Source: an uncultured Chloroflexia bacterium
GTDB taxonomy: Bacteria > Chloroflexota > Limnocylindria > Limnocylindrales > CSP1-4
Assembly (NCBI GenBank): GCA_963813535.1
Contig: CAWEZH010000003.1
Location: forward strand, 352,001-416,000
Direction of reading: 5' to 3'
Length of the DNA stretch: 64,000 nt
This document shows, one piece after another, positions 19,521 through 32,191 of the stretch; within the stretch, counting starts at the first letter, position 1, and the number at the start of each line of letters is the position of its first letter. The translations under genes were made by a program, and so were the position numbers. The notes under the pieces are model-generated. The model did no database searches and was not told the origin of the DNA. It saw only the letters and a list, made by a program, of their open reading frames with translations.

Positions 19521-22500
19521 TCAGCGGCGGGGCCTCGCGCGCGGGGACTTGCGATGCCGTCGATCCGGGCTCCGATCGAGACGACGGACGGCGATCAGGA
19601 ACGACCCACAGACGACGAGCAACGCGGCGATCAACGAGAGCGCAGCCGTGGTCGGACCAGCCGGCAGGAGCGTGCCCGTTTCCGGAGCCTGGCCTCCCCC
19701 GCCGGGCGCAGACGATTCGATCACGGTGGTCGTGTCCGACGCGGTGTCGTTGGTCGGATCGGCATCGATCAGCACGCTCGACACCCTGACGGTCGCGGTC
19801 TGGACACCCGCCGGCGCAGTGGCCAGCACCGTGTACTCGACGGTCACGGTGGCGCTCCCGCCGGCCGCGATGGTGCCCAGGGCACAGCTGAAGTCGGGGC
19901 CCGCGCCGAGCGGGCCGCAAGACCCCTGCGATGGGCTGATCGCGCCCTGACTGAAGGCCGCCGGCCAGCTATCGGTGAGGCTGACCAGCGTCGCATCCGA
20001 CGGGCCGCCGTTGGTGACGATGATGGTGTAAGCGTGGGTCAGGCCATCGCCTGCGACCACGCTGGCCAGGCCATCGCTGACGCTGACGGCGAGATCGCCG
20101 GAGCCGACGATGGCGGTCGCGTCCGAGCCCGTGATACCGCCCGGGTTCTCGGCGCTGGTCGCACGCGCCGTATTGGTCACGGTCCCGGGCGTGGCTCCCG
20201 GGCCGACGGTGTAGGGGACCGTGACCGTCCAGGTCGCACCGACCGCCAGGCTGGCCGGGAGCGCGCACGCGATGGTGTTGCCGAGCGAGCCCGTGCAGTC
20301 GCCCCCGAGATCGGCGCTCGGCGTCCCCACTGTGAGCGCCGCCGGGACGACGTCGTCGAGGGCGACGCTGTCGGCGTCGGACGGGCCGGCGTTGCTGACC
20401 GTGACCGTGTAGGCATGGCTCAGGCCGTCACCGGCCACGGCGCTGGCGAGGCCGTCGTCCTTGACGACCGTGAGCGCGGACAGCTCGATCACGGTGGTGG
20501 TATCGGACGCCGTGTCGTTGGTGGGGTCGGCGTCTACGAGCGCGCTCGACACGCTGACCGTCTCGGTCTGGACGCCAGAGGCGGCGTCGGCCGGTACGGT
20601 GTAGGCGACGTTCACGGTAGCGCTTCCCCCGGCGGCGATAGTGCCCAGCGCACAGCTGAAGTCGGGGCCCGCGCCGATCGGGGTGCAGCTGCCTTGGGAG
20701 GGACTGATCGTGCCCTGCACGAAGCCCGTTGGCCAGCTGTCGGACAGGCTGACCAGGGTCGCATCGGACAGCCCACCGTTGCTCACGGTGATCGTGTAGG
20801 CATGGGTCACGCCATCGCCGGCGACAACGCTGGCCAGGCCGTCACTGACGCTGACCGCGAGATCGACGGTCGGCTCACCCACGGCAAACTCGCTGAACGA
20901 CGTGAGACCAAACGCCTGCGTGCTCGTGGCGGTCCGCGTGCCGGGCGGCGTGAGCGTCCAGCTCGTTCCGTCGCGCTTGCCAACGACGAACACGGCCGTC
21001 GTCGAGCCCGGGTCGACGTCGGCAGGGACGAATGTGAACGTCGCGTCGTAAGTGGTGAACAGCAATCCGGCGTTGCTCAGGGTCCACCAGCGATTGACGC
21101 TTCGGGTCGGGGCCAGGCCCGAGTTGGCGATATCTGGATGGTCGCCCGGCGTGGTGCTCGCGACGATCTCACCAGTCGACGTGATGCTCGCGAAGAGCAG
21201 CGTCACCGGTGCGTATCTGGCGGCGTCGCCGATCTCGAACGTGGCCGGCACCGCCGCGCCCGTGTTGAGCGTCTTGCCGAGCTTGCCGACGACCCGGCCG
21301 GTCGTCCGGACCACCGTCCCCGTGAGGGCGATGTGGATCGTCGCCGTCCCGTCCGTCACGGGACCACCTGACAGCGTCAACGTGCCGCCGATCGTGAGAT
21401 CCATTGACACGGCGAGTCCGCTGGTGTTGGTCACGGTCAGGTTGTTGAGCAACGTGACGCTGGTCGGCAACGTGATGCCAGCGGCGGCGCCGGCAACCGT
21501 GATCGACGAGTTCGCACCCGTCACGAGGTTGGTGCCCGTACCGGCGATGGGGTTGTTGATCGTCAGACGACGGTTTGAGAGGTTGAAGCTCCCACTCGTC
21601 AGGGTGAGCGTGCCGGTCGTGACCACGTCCGTGGCGAGCGTTACGCCCGCCGGGTCGTCGACGACGAGGTTGAACGCCGGAAGGGACGAGCTGCCGGAGA
21701 TCGTCTGGCCCAGTGATCCGTTCAACGTGAGCGTGCTGGTGCCCTGGAACGATCGTCCCGTTGTTGACGATGTTGCCGGCGACCGAGACGCTGCTGCCGT
21801 TCTCACGGAATGTACCGACGACCGTGAGGCTCCCGGAGATCACGAGAGCGAAGTTACTGGCCGACGTCGTGAACGTGCCCGCGTTCACGGACAGGTCATG
21901 CAGGACCGTCATCGCGGTCCCGAGCGTGGTCGTGCCCCCATTGCCGACGACGTCGTAGAAGGCCATGCCCACGCTGCGGACAGTGCCGCCCGCGAAGACG
22001 AGCGTCGAGCTGCCCGGGTCGACGGTTCCCGCGGTGTACGTCCAGCCGGTGGCGGTGCGGATCGTGCCGGCCAGGGTGAGCGTGCCCGAGGGCTTGTTGA
22101 TGACGACGGGCGGCAGCGCCCCGGCGGCCGTCGTGGCGGCACCCGTGAAGGTCTGCGCGCCGGCGCCGTTGATGAGCAGGGTCGCCGTCCCGCCGGTCGT
22201 GGTGGAGGCCTGGCTGATCGATCCCTGGGCGGCCAGCGTGCCGGTCCCGTTGAGCGCGCCGCTGGTCAGGCTGAGCGAGCCCGTCACGGTCAGCGTGGTT
22301 CCGGCGGCGATCGACGTTGTCGCACGGAAGTCGACGGCGTTGAGGCTGTGCGACCCGCTGATCGTGCCGCCCGCGAAGACGACCGTCGAGCTGCCCGGGT
22401 CGACGGTACCCGCGGTGTACGTCCAGCCGGTGGCGGTGCGCAGAGTACCGGCCAGGGTGAGCGTGCCCGACGGCTTGTTGATGACGACGGGCGGCAGCGC

Positions 22501-24418
22501 CCCCGCGGCGGTGGTGGCGGCACCGGTGAAGGTCTGCGCGCCGGCGCCGTTGATGAGCAGGGTGGCCGTCCCGCCGGTCGTCGTGGAGGCCTGGCTGATG
22601 GATCCCTGGGCGGCCAGCGTGCCGGTCCCGTTGAGCGCACCGCTGGTCAGGCTGAGCGAGCCCGTCACGGTCAGCGTGGTCCCGGCGGCGATCGACGTGG
22701 TCGCTCGCAGGTCGACCGCGTTGAGGCCGTGCGAGCCCGTGATCGTGCCGCCCGCGAAGACGAGCGTGGAGGTGCCCGGGTCGACGGTTCCCGCGGTGTA
22801 CGTCCAGCCGGTGGCGGTGCGGATCGTGCCGGCCAGGGTGAGCGTGCCCGAGGGCTTGTTGATGACCACCGCCGGCAGGTTGCCGCTGGCCGTGGTCGAC
22901 GCCCCGGTCAGGGTCTGGGCAGCGCCCCCGTTGACGAGCAGGGTCGCGCTGCCGCCGCCATAGCCGAGCGCCTGGTTGATCGCTCCCTGCGCAGCGAGGG
23001 TGCCGATGTTGAGGGTGCTCGCGGTTAGCGTGGTCGTGCCGAGCGCGGTGAGCGTCGTCCCGGCGGCGATCGTCGTGGCTCCCCGGAAGTCGAGCGCGTT
23101 GAGGCTGTGCGACCCGCTGATCGTGCCGCCCGCGAAGACGACCGTCGAGCTGCCCGGGTCGACGGTACCCGCGGTGTACGTCCAGCCGGTGGCGGTGCGC
23201 AGAGTACCGGCCAGGGTGAGCGTGCCCGACGGCTTGTTGATGACGACGGGCGGCAGCGCCCCCGCGGCGGTGGTGGCGGCACCGGTGAAGGTCTGCGCGC
23301 CGGCGCCGTTGATGAGCAGGGTCGCCGTCCCGCCGGTCGTCGTGGAGGCTTGGCTGATGGATCCCTGGGCGGCCAGCGTGCCGGTCCCGTTGAGCGCACC
23401 GCTGGTCAGGCTGAGCGAGCCCGTCACGGTCAGCGTGGTCCCGGCGGCGATCGACGTTGTCGCTCGCAGGTCGACCGCGTTGAGGCCGTGCGAGCCCGGT
23501 GATCGTGCCGCCCGCGAAGACGAGCGTGGAGGTGCCCGGGTCGACGGTTCCCGCGGTGTACGTCCAGCCGGTGGCGGTGCGGATCGTGCCGGCCAGGGTG
23601 AGCGTGCCCGAGGGCTTGTTGATGACCACCGCCGGCAGGTTGCCGCTGGCCGTGGTCGATGCCCCGGTCAGGGTCTGGGCAGCGCCCCCGTTGACGAGCA
23701 GGGTCGCGCTGCCACCGCCATAGCCGAGCGCCTGGTTGATCGCCCCTTGCGCAGCGACCGTACCCACCCCGTTGATCGAACCACCGGTCAGGCTCAGCGT
23801 GCCGCCGACACTGAGCGTCGTGCCAGCAGCGATGGTCTTCGTCGCGTTGAACGCGGCGTTGTTGAGCGAGACCAGCCCCGCCGTATCGATCGTCGCAGCA
23901 CCGCCACTGAAGGTAGCGCTCCCACCGTTCGCGTTGAACGTCCCGCCGGTGACGGTCGTGGCGCCCGTGACAGTGAGTGTCCCGGAGGTAGCGGTAAACG
24001 AGCCACCGCTCAGGCTCAGCGGTCCGTTGAGGGTGATGTTCGAAGTCCCACCCACGAAGGCCGCCCCAGTCTGGGTGAAGCCCGCCGCACCCACTGTCAT
24101 CGCGACACCGGCGGCCTGCGTGACGCTTCCGCCGTATGCGGACGTGACCGATAGCCCACTGACGTTGACCGCCACATTGATCGTGGCGTTCTTTGAGCCG
24201 GTCGCGTCGAAGGTCGCTACATCCGCGGCGCCCGGGATGAGCCCGCCGAGCCAGTTGGCCGCCTCGTTCCAATTGTTCGTCAGACCGAGCCCGCTCCAGG
24301 TTCTGACCGCACCCGAGACCGGCCTCGACGCGAACGCGAGCATGCCGACGAACGCGACAACAAGGGCGATGCCTAGCAAGGCGAATGCACGCCCAGGGGA
24401 GTCGTAGCGGAGGGACAT
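19521..24418 (-). CDS. Large surface adhesin (~1,630 aa): beta-helix-like repeats, DUF11-like domains, APETG sorting-like signal; two frameshifts
   Basis: ORFs 21896..24430, 21169..23427 and 19521..21806 join. Signal peptide, RTWSG..NNWNEAANW, Thr/Gly/Ala repeats, three YTITVSN.GPSDA/DPTNDTASDTT domains, APETG + TM + basic tail. Confidence 0.85.
21983..23750 (-). repeat. Intragenic tandem repeats, ~381-bp (127-aa) unit, about 4.6 copies
   Basis: GTGCCGCCCGCGAAGAC recurs at 21983, 22364, 22745, 23123 and 23505 (spacings 381, 381, 378, 382); copies are nearly identical at DNA level. Confidence 0.95.
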
Positions 24419-24702
24419 ACCGTCTCTCAACTCCCCCTCTATGCGGTTCTACGCCTCACTCCCACACGTGCTACGGATCGCGGAGCGATGAGACGCGCCA
24501 GCAAGACCGCGCAACCCCGAAGTGAGACGGCCCTGGAAATTGATCTCGCGTCGAGAATCGGGACGGCGAGTGATGGGGGCTCCGTCCGGAGTTCGCGAAG
24601 GCGTGAGGATACTCTCGGTGTGGTCCCGAGATGCTTCCAATCAGTCTCCCGCACCGCGTCAAGCCAGACTCGCACAGCGGGATGGCTGGCGACCGGTCCT
24701 CC

Positions 24703-25662
24703 CTACGCCAGCGGGAGCTCCTGCCGGGGTGTCGACAGCTGGCGCGCAGCAGCGCGATGGCCGGCGAGCGCCGCTCGCTGCAGTGACGCCGGAAGGGACT
24801 TGCCCGCCGCCCTGGACGTGAACCAGCCGACGAGGAAGCCGGCATCGAACGCATCGCCGGCACCGGTCGTGTCGGTCGTCGCGATAGGTGTCGTCGCGAC
24901 CTCGAATCGGAGGCGTTGATCGCCGTCCCGTGCGAGGACCGTGGCCCCCTTCGGTCCGCGCTTGACGACAGCGATCGCGGCAACGTCCAACAAGCCTTCG
25001 ACAGCGTACCGGCCGAGCAGGGCTTCGGCCTCGGACGCGGTCGCGAACAGCATGTCCGGGGCGATGTCGTCGATCAGCGCGCGGGCCGCTCGACGCCCGC
25101 GGGCCAGCAGCGGACCGATCGAGGCGAGGTCGATGCAGATCGCCGCATGCCCGGACCGGCCGAGCTCGATGCCACGGCGGCCGGCCAGGCTGAGCGGCTC
25201 GTCGAGCAGCGAATAGACCGGCAGGTGCACGGCGTCGGCCCGCGCGAACCAGCTCGCCTTGAGGTCATCCGGTCCGAGCTGCAGCGCCGCGGCGCGGTCC
25301 TGGACGAACGACCGCTCGCCATCGGGCGCGACGAGAACGCCGATCCGTCCCGTCCGAACACCGGCGACCCGGGTGACGCGCGGCGTCACGCCATCGCTCC
25401 GCAGGGCATCGACCAGCGCGCGGCCTGCCGCATCACGCCCCACCGCGGCGACGAGCGATGACCGTGCGCCGAGTCTCCCGAGCCAGCGCGCTGCGGTCGC
25501 TGCCGAACCACCCTGCGCGAGGATCACCCGACCCGGGACGTCGCTCCCATGCTCGAGTGAGCGCTCCGGTCGGAGCACGACGTCGACGACGAGGTCGCCG
25601 ATCACGACGATCCGAGGCCGCCCGGGTGCGCGTCGGGGCCGGCTCGGTCGGAGGGACGGCAT
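24703..25662 (-). CDS. PfkB family carbohydrate kinase (candidate pseudouridine kinase)
   Basis: [50 protein letters not shown]. Confidence 0.88.
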   Translation of the reverse strand: MPSLRPSRPRRAPGRPRIVVIGDLVVDVVLRPERSLEHGSDVPGRVILAQGGSAATAARWLGRLGARSSLVAAVGRDAAGRALVDALRSDGVTPRVTRVAGVRTGRIGVLVAPDGERSFVQDRAAALQLGPDDLKASWFARADAVHLPVYSLLDEPLSLAGRRGIELGRSGHAAICIDLASIGPLLARGRRAARALIDDIAPDMLFATASEAEALLGRYAVEGLLDVAAIAVVKRGPKGATVLARDGDQRLRFEVATTPIATTDTTGAGDAFDAGFLVGWFTSRAAGKSLPASLQRAALAGHRAAARQLSTPRQELPLA

Positions 25663-25746
25663 GCATCGAGGATACCCGCCGCCTCCACCTACAATGGCCG
25701 TCCGACCGGCATACCCCCAGGCGGTCGCGCACCGGGAGTGCTGCCC

Positions 25747-27882
25747 ATGGCCGCCGTGACGACCGATCTCGACCGCCTCGCCATCGACACGATCCGGACC
25801 CTGTCGATCGACGGCGTCCAGGAGGCGAATTCCGGCCACCCTGGGGCGCCGATGGGCGCGGCCCCGATGGCGTACGTCTTGTGGACGCGCTTCCTGCGCC
25901 ACGCGCCGACGCATCCGGACTGGCCTGATCGTGACCGGTTCGTCCTGTCGGCCGGGCACGCATCGATGCTGCTGTACTCGCTGCTCCACCTGACGGGCTA
26001 CGACCTGCCCCTCGACGAGTTGCGCTCGTTCCGGCAGTGGGGATCGCGGACGCCGGGGCATCCAGAATCGGGGCTGACGCCGGGGGTCGAAGCGACGACC
26101 GGGCCGCTCGGCCAGGGCTTCGCCAACGCCGTCGGCATGGCCATCGCGGAGCGGCGGCTGGCGTCCGAGTTCAACCGCGACGGCCACGAGATCGTCGATC
26201 ACTGGACGTACGTCATCGCGTCGGATGGCGACCTCCAGGAGGGCATCGCCTCGGAAGCTGCGTCGCTGGCCGGCCACCTTCGACTGCGCAAGCTCGTGGT
26301 CCTCTATGACGACAATCACGTCCAGCTCGACGGGCCGACATCGATGGCCTGGTCGGAGGACGTCCCGAAGCGCTTCGAGGCGTACGGCTGGCACGCGTCC
26401 CGGGTCGACGATGGCAACGACCTTGCCGCGATCGAGTCGGCGATCCGGGAGGCCCGTGAGGACGACCGACCCAGCCTGATCGCGGTGCGCACGCATATCG
26501 GGTTCGGCAGCCCGAACAAGCAGGATTCGCAGAAGGCGCATGGTTCGCCGCTTGGCCCCGACGAGGTCCGGCTCACCAAGGAGGCCTACGGCTGGGATCC
26601 CGATCGCACGTTCTACGTGCCGGCCGATGCGCTGTCCGTGTTCCGCCAGGCCGTGCAGGACGGGGAGCGGCGGTACGAGGAGTGGAACGAGAAGCTGGCA
26701 CGGTACGCGGACGGCCACGTCGACCAGGCCGAGGAGTTCCTGCGGCGGATCGCGGGCACGCTACGCCCGGGCTGGGATGCGGGTCTCAAGACCTACGCCG
26801 TCGGCGAGGAGATCGCGACGCGCAACGCGTCGCAGGACGCCATCCAGGCCCTCGCCGGTCCGGTGCCCGAGCTGTTCGGCGGCGCGGCCGACTTGTCCGA
26901 GTCGAACCTGACCGATGTCAAGGGCGAACCCCAGTTCGGTGCCGACGATCCGGGACGAAACCTGCGGTTCGGGGTCCGGGAGCACGGGATGGGTGGTGCG
27001 GCCAATGGCATCGCCTACCACGGCGGGTTCATCCCGTACGACGCCACGTTCCTGACATTCAGCGACTACATGCGCGGATCGGTCCGGCTCGGCGCGCTGG
27101 CTGGCCTGCACGTCATCCACGTCTGGACGCACGACTCGGTCGGGCTGGGCGAGGACGGACCGACCCACCAGTCGGTCGAGCACTACGCGGCCCTCCGCGC
27201 CATCCCGAACCTGTGGTTCGTCCGACCGGGCGACGCCAACGAGGCGACCGCAGCATGGGCGCTTGCCGTGGAGCGCCAGGACGGGCCGGTCGCGCTGGCA
27301 CTCACCCGCCAGAAGCTCCCCGTCCTGGCCGGCACGGCGGAGAAGGCACGTGACGGCGTCCAGCGGGGCGGCTACATCCTGCGCGAGGCTCGCGATGGCA
27401 CGCCCGACCTGATCCTCATGGCGACGGGTTCCGAGCTGCAGCTGGCGTTCGTCGCCGCCGAGGCCCTGGAGAAGGACGGGATCGCGACCCGCGTCGTGTC
27501 CCTCCCCTGCTGGGAGCGTTTCGACGCGCAGGATCAGGCGTATCGCGACGAGGTGCTGCCGCCGTCCGTGCGCAAGCGGGTGAGCGTCGAGGTCGGCGTG
27601 TCACTCGGCTGGGAGCGCTGGGTCGGCGACGAGGGCGCGATCATCGGGCTCGACCACTTCGGTGCCTCGGCGCCGGCCGGCACGATCTTCGAGCACTTCG
27701 GGTTCACGCCCGACCGGGTCGCCGACGTCGGGCGCCGGGTCGTTCGGGATGGCCTGAAGGGTCGCATCGGCACGCTCGACGGCGGCCATTTCGGGCACAT
27801 GGCCGGCAGCTCCCATCCGACGGTCAAGCCAGGGGAATCCGGGGTCGACCGGACGGGCGGGAGCGATCCGGGCCACAGCTGA
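25747..27882 (+). CDS. tkt: Transketolase
   Basis: [52 protein letters not shown]. Confidence 0.98.
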   Translation: MAAVTTDLDRLAIDTIRTLSIDGVQEANSGHPGAPMGAAPMAYVLWTRFLRHAPTHPDWPDRDRFVLSAGHASMLLYSLLHLTGYDLPLDELRSFRQWGSRTPGHPESGLTPGVEATTGPLGQGFANAVGMAIAERRLASEFNRDGHEIVDHWTYVIASDGDLQEGIASEAASLAGHLRLRKLVVLYDDNHVQLDGPTSMAWSEDVPKRFEAYGWHASRVDDGNDLAAIESAIREAREDDRPSLIAVRTHIGFGSPNKQDSQKAHGSPLGPDEVRLTKEAYGWDPDRTFYVPADALSVFRQAVQDGERRYEEWNEKLARYADGHVDQAEEFLRRIAGTLRPGWDAGLKTYAVGEEIATRNASQDAIQALAGPVPELFGGAADLSESNLTDVKGEPQFGADDPGRNLRFGVREHGMGGAANGIAYHGGFIPYDATFLTFSDYMRGSVRLGALAGLHVIHVWTHDSVGLGEDGPTHQSVEHYAALRAIPNLWFVRPGDANEATAAWALAVERQDGPVALALTRQKLPVLAGTAEKARDGVQRGGYILREARDGTPDLILMATGSELQLAFVAAEALEKDGIATRVVSLPCWERFDAQDQAYRDEVLPPSVRKRVSVEVGVSLGWERWVGDEGAIIGLDHFGASAPAGTIFEHFGFTPDRVADVGRRVVRDGLKGRIGTLDGGHFGHMAGSSHPTVKPGESGVDRTGGSDPGHS

Positions 27883-27910
27883 CCTGGACGACCGCTTCGT
27901 GCGGCCGTCG

Positions 27911-30410
27911 TCAGCTCCGCAACCGCTCCCCGCGCGGGTCGTAGAACGGCTCGCGGCTGACCGCACACGGGAACGGGTCGCCCCCGACCTCGACGCACCA
28001 GTCGTCGCCCTCGAGCGGACCGCGGACCCATGCCAGCGCAATGGACCCGCCGAGGGTCGGCGCGATCGAGGCACTGGTCACGTACCCGACCCGCTCGGGA
28101 CCTCTGAGCACGGACTCGCCATGCCAGAGCACCGCTGACGGGGCATGGAGCGACACGAGGCGACGCCGCCGCTCCCCTGCCGGCACGTCGCGCAGGCGTT
28201 CGAGGGCCGCCCGACCGACGAAGTCGACGACCTTCCTGCGAGAGACCGCGAAACCCAGACCGGCCGCGAAGGGGTCGTCGAGCGGACCCATGTCGTGGCC
28301 CCATGACCGGAAGCCCCGTTCCAGACGCGCAGCCTCGAACGCATATGCGCCCGCGTGCCGGAGCCCGAAGTCGGCGCCCGCGGCGAGGACATGCTCATAG
28401 AGGTCCGCGGCGAACTCGGTCGGCACCAGCAGCTCCCAGCCGAGCTCGCCGGTGAACGAGACGCGGAGCGCGAGAGCCTGCCCGCGCCCGACCTCGATCT
28501 CGCGCGCCTCGAGGAACGGCCACGCATCGTTCGACACGTCGGTGTCGGTGAGGTGGGCGAGCAGCTCCCGCGATCGCGGTCCGGCCAGATGGATCGTGGC
28601 CCAGCCCGACGTCACGTCGGTGACGACGGCACCGCCGAAGCTGCCGCTGGCCAGGCCGGCCCGGAGCAAGCCCTCGGTCCGGCGTTGGGTGACCGTCGGG
28701 GCAAGGACGAGGAACCGATCGTCATCGAGGCGGGTGATCGTGGGGTCCATCAGGATCCCGCCGCGCTCATCGGCGAGGATCGTGTAGACGATCCGGCCCA
28801 CGGGCACGTCGATGTCGGACGTGACGAGCCGCTGCAGGCCGGCCATCGCGCCCGGCCCCGTCACCTCGAACTTCGCATACGTCGTCAGGTCGTACACGGC
28901 CACGCCGTCGCGGGTCGCCCGGACCTCGTCGCCGACGGCGGGGAACCAGGACGGCTCGGTGTACGAGTATCGGACCGATGGGCCCGGCACTCCCCGCCGA
29001 CGGCTCGAACCACAACGGCCGCTCCCAGCCAGCGACCTGTCCCATCGCCGCACCCGCCGCCCGATACGCCGCATCCAGTGGCAGGCGCCGCACGCCTCGC
29101 GCCGTTTCGGGCTGCTTGCCGGGCCAGTGCATCGCGTAGAGCCCACCGAGCGTCTCGACCGTCCGCTCGTGAAGCCAGCGCCGCTGGCTCGCCCAGCGAC
29201 CCATCCGCGCGACATCGACCTCGACGAGGTCCATCGTCATCTGTTCGTTCAGGATCCACTCGGCCGCCGCTCGCCCCACGCCCGGGCCGAAGATGATCCC
29301 CTGCGAATTCAGGCCGGCGGCGACGAAGAGGCCGGGCACCTCGGGCACGAAGCCGAGCTGGAAGTTCGCGTCCGGCGTGAAGCTCTCCGGCCCGCGGAGG
29401 AAGTGTCCGAAGCCGAGGTCACCGAGTGCCGGCACCCGCGCCCGCGCCGCCGCCAGCACCGGGCCGAAGTGGTCCCAGTCCGGCCCGAGCTCGGCGAAGC
29501 CGTCGGTCGGGACGCCGGTCGGCGCCCACGGCTTGCCGTTCGGCTCGAACGCGCCGATGACGAACCGGCCCCCGTGATGGCGGATGTACAGGTAGCCGTC
29601 GAGGTCGCGCAGGAACGGGAGGTCCTCCGTCGCAGCCGGCGTCTCGTCGGTCATGACCCAGACGTGCTCGGCGGGGTACAGCGCGACGCTCGCGTCGGCG
29701 AGGCGTGCCAGCTCGGAGGTCCACAGGCCGGCCGCCAGGACGACGACCTCTGCCTCGACATCGCCGGCGGCCGTCGTGATGCCCGTGACGCGACGAGCGC
29801 CAGGTTCGCGACGGAACCCTGTGACCGTCGTCCCGGGCACGTACCGGACGCCGCGATCGACCGCGGCCCGCGCAAGCGCGAGGGCGGCCGCCCCCGGATT
29901 GATCGTGCCGTCGTCCGGGAAGAGCACGCCGCCGACGAGGTCGTCGACCACGGCCGCCGGCCACAGGGCACGGATGCGCTCGCGGTCGACGATCTCCGAT
30001 GGCAGTCCTGCGTCCCGCGCGATCGACACCGGCCGGCGGATCTCCTCGAATCGCTCCTCGGTCCGCGCGACCGTCAGCGACCCGACGCGGCGGAACCCGG
30101 GGTCGATGCCGGTCTCGCGGCCCACTCGCTCGTAGGTCTCGGCATTGATCCGGGCGAGCTCCGTGAGCGCGTGCGTGCCGCGCACCTGCGACACGAGCCC
30201 GGCCGCATGCCAGGTCGTCCCGTTCGTCAGGCTGCCACGCTCCACGAGCACGACGTCGGACTCGCCGGCCTGAGCGAGGTGGTACGCGATCGATGCCCCG
30301 ACGATCCCACCGCCGACGACCACGATCCGCGCGGCTGACGGCAGGGGCGAAACGGGCAGCATCGACGCGACGTCGAGATCACGGTTCGCCAGGTGTTCCG
30401 GAGCCGTCAT
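27911..30410 (-). CDS. GcvT-family FAD-dependent oxidoreductase (dimethylglycine/sarcosine dehydrogenase-like), frameshift near 28985
   Basis: [34 protein letters not shown]; the second frame has the aminomethyltransferase domain ([32 protein letters not shown]). Confidence 0.9.
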
Positions 30411-30442
30411 CGCCGCGCCAGCGTACTGACTATCCTTCGGCC

Positions 30443-30901
30443 ATGCGCATCGCGTTCGCGGCCGACCACGCCGGGGCCGCCCTCAAGGACGAGCTGCTCC
30501 GTCGGATCGGCGAGGCGGATCTGGGTCATGAGCTCATCGATCTCGGCGGCGATGGCTCCGATCCCGCTGACGACTATCCCGACTTCGCCCAGCGCCTGGG
30601 TACGGCCATCCAGGCAGGCGATGCCGACCGCGGCATCCTCATCTGCGGCTCGGGCGTCGGGGCAAGCGTGGCCGCCAACAAGATGCGCGGCATCCGCTCG
30701 GCGGTGTGCCATGACACGTACTCGGCGCACCAGGGTGTCGAGCACGACGACATGAACGTGCTCACGCTGGGATCACGCGTCATCGGTCCCGAACCGGCAT
30801 ACGAGTGTGCTCTGGCATTCCTCGGCGCGACCTTCAGCGGCGAGCCGCGCCACAAGCGTCGCCTCGAGAAGGTGCTGGCGATCGAGGCTGCCGCCGACTG
30901 A
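30443..30901 (+). CDS. rpiB: Ribose-5-phosphate isomerase B
   Basis: [48 protein letters not shown]. Confidence 0.96.
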   Translation: MRIAFAADHAGAALKDELLRRIGEADLGHELIDLGGDGSDPADDYPDFAQRLGTAIQAGDADRGILICGSGVGASVAANKMRGIRSAVCHDTYSAHQGVEHDDMNVLTLGSRVIGPEPAYECALAFLGATFSGEPRHKRRLEKVLAIEAAAD

Positions 30902-30925
30902 CGCCGTCCCGCTCGGTCGGTCCGG

Positions 30926-32113
30926 CTAGTTGGTGGCGGCCGTCGAGTTCGCGACGACGATCGCGCTTCGGCCGATCCCGTCGTCGCCGTAGAGCGCGCC
31001 CACGGCGACGATGACGTCGCCGGCCACGACGGCGTCTGCCACCGACATCGACCCGTCGCCGGGCTCCGGCAAGGGTCGCCAGGCCCACCCATCGGGACTC
31101 GCCCACGCGCTCGCCCCGTCGATCGCCAGGACCCCGTGCTCGCCGGCGTCGACGATGATCGAGCCGCCATTCCCGACCGGCGAATCCTTCTCGGGCAACC
31201 GTGCCCAGGTCGTCCCGTCGCCGGACCACCAGCCGATCGGCTGCTCGGCGCACGCGGGATCCTCGGCGCTCGCGGCATTCGCTGCGCACTTGGGAGCCCA
31301 GAGCCCCTGCACGACATAGCCCCACCGACCGGTGACCAGTCGTGTCGCCACGACATCGGGCGTGGCGTCGATCGGAGTCGCGTCCCATGTCTCCCCATCG
31401 TCGGATCGGAGCAGGACCGGGGGCCCGCTCTCGGACCCGAGGGCGAAATAGCCCCGCTTCGTGGCATGCGGGTCGGTGACGGCGTCCGTGGCCGGCCCTC
31501 CGATCGGGACCTGCTCGAAGACCCGGCCGTCACGGGAGCGCCACACCACGGTCGCATCGTCGACATCGCTGCCGACGGCGATGACGCCCTCATCGCTGCC
31601 GGTCAACCAGCCCGGGTACGCACCGGCCGACCCGGGCACCTCGGTCAATCGCTCCCATGTCCGTCCATCGGGCGATCGGAAGAAGACCGCATGTGGCCGC
31701 TCAGCGGGGGCGCCGAGCGTCCCGACGCCGAGCGCGACGAATCCATGTGGCGCGGGCGTGACGTCGAGCATCTCGACCCCGTCGAACTCGCCCGGGGCGC
31801 CGACCGCCGACCACGTCTGGCCATCGAGCGAGAACCACGCCAGTCCATCGCGGGTCGCGCCGACGTCGCGGTACCCGACGGCAACGAACCCCTCGGGACC
31901 GGCGGTCACCGCGACGGCCTGCTCGCCGTCGCCCGGGTCCGGCGCGGCGACGCCGTCGGCGACGGACCACACGACGTCGGGCCACGGGATCACGTCGGCG
32001 GGTACGGGTGGCTGGGTGGGCGGTTGGGTAGGCGATGGGGTCGGCGACGGCGCCGGCGTGCAACCGAGCACCACCGACATGATCGCGCAGGTCAAGCGCA
32101 ATCGCCCCCGCAT
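30926..32113 (-). CDS. Putative lipoprotein with repeated W-x-S-x-DG-x-T-W (BNR/Asp-box-like) propeller
   Basis: Lipobox VVLG-C, Pro-rich linker, repeats WFSLDGQTW, FRSPDGRTW, LRSDDGETW, WWSGDGTTW, WASPDGWAW. Confidence 0.75.
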   Translation of the reverse strand: MRGRLRLTCAIMSVVLGCTPAPSPTPSPTQPPTQPPVPADVIPWPDVVWSVADGVAAPDPGDGEQAVAVTAGPEGFVAVGYRDVGATRDGLAWFSLDGQTWSAVGAPGEFDGVEMLDVTPAPHGFVALGVGTLGAPAERPHAVFFRSPDGRTWERLTEVPGSAGAYPGWLTGSDEGVIAVGSDVDDATVVWRSRDGRVFEQVPIGGPATDAVTDPHATKRGYFALGSESGPPVLLRSDDGETWDATPIDATPDVVATRLVTGRWGYVVQGLWAPKCAANAASAEDPACAEQPIGWWSGDGTTWARLPEKDSPVGNGGSIIVDAGEHGVLAIDGASAWASPDGWAWRPLPEPGDGSMSVADAVVAGDVIVAVGALYGDDGIGRSAIVVANSTAATN

Positions 32114-32191
32114 CACATGCAGTTTGACGCACCGTTCACCGTCGTGTGGCGACGTACCATGCATGCCCCCGACTATGCTTCAGAGGCCACG

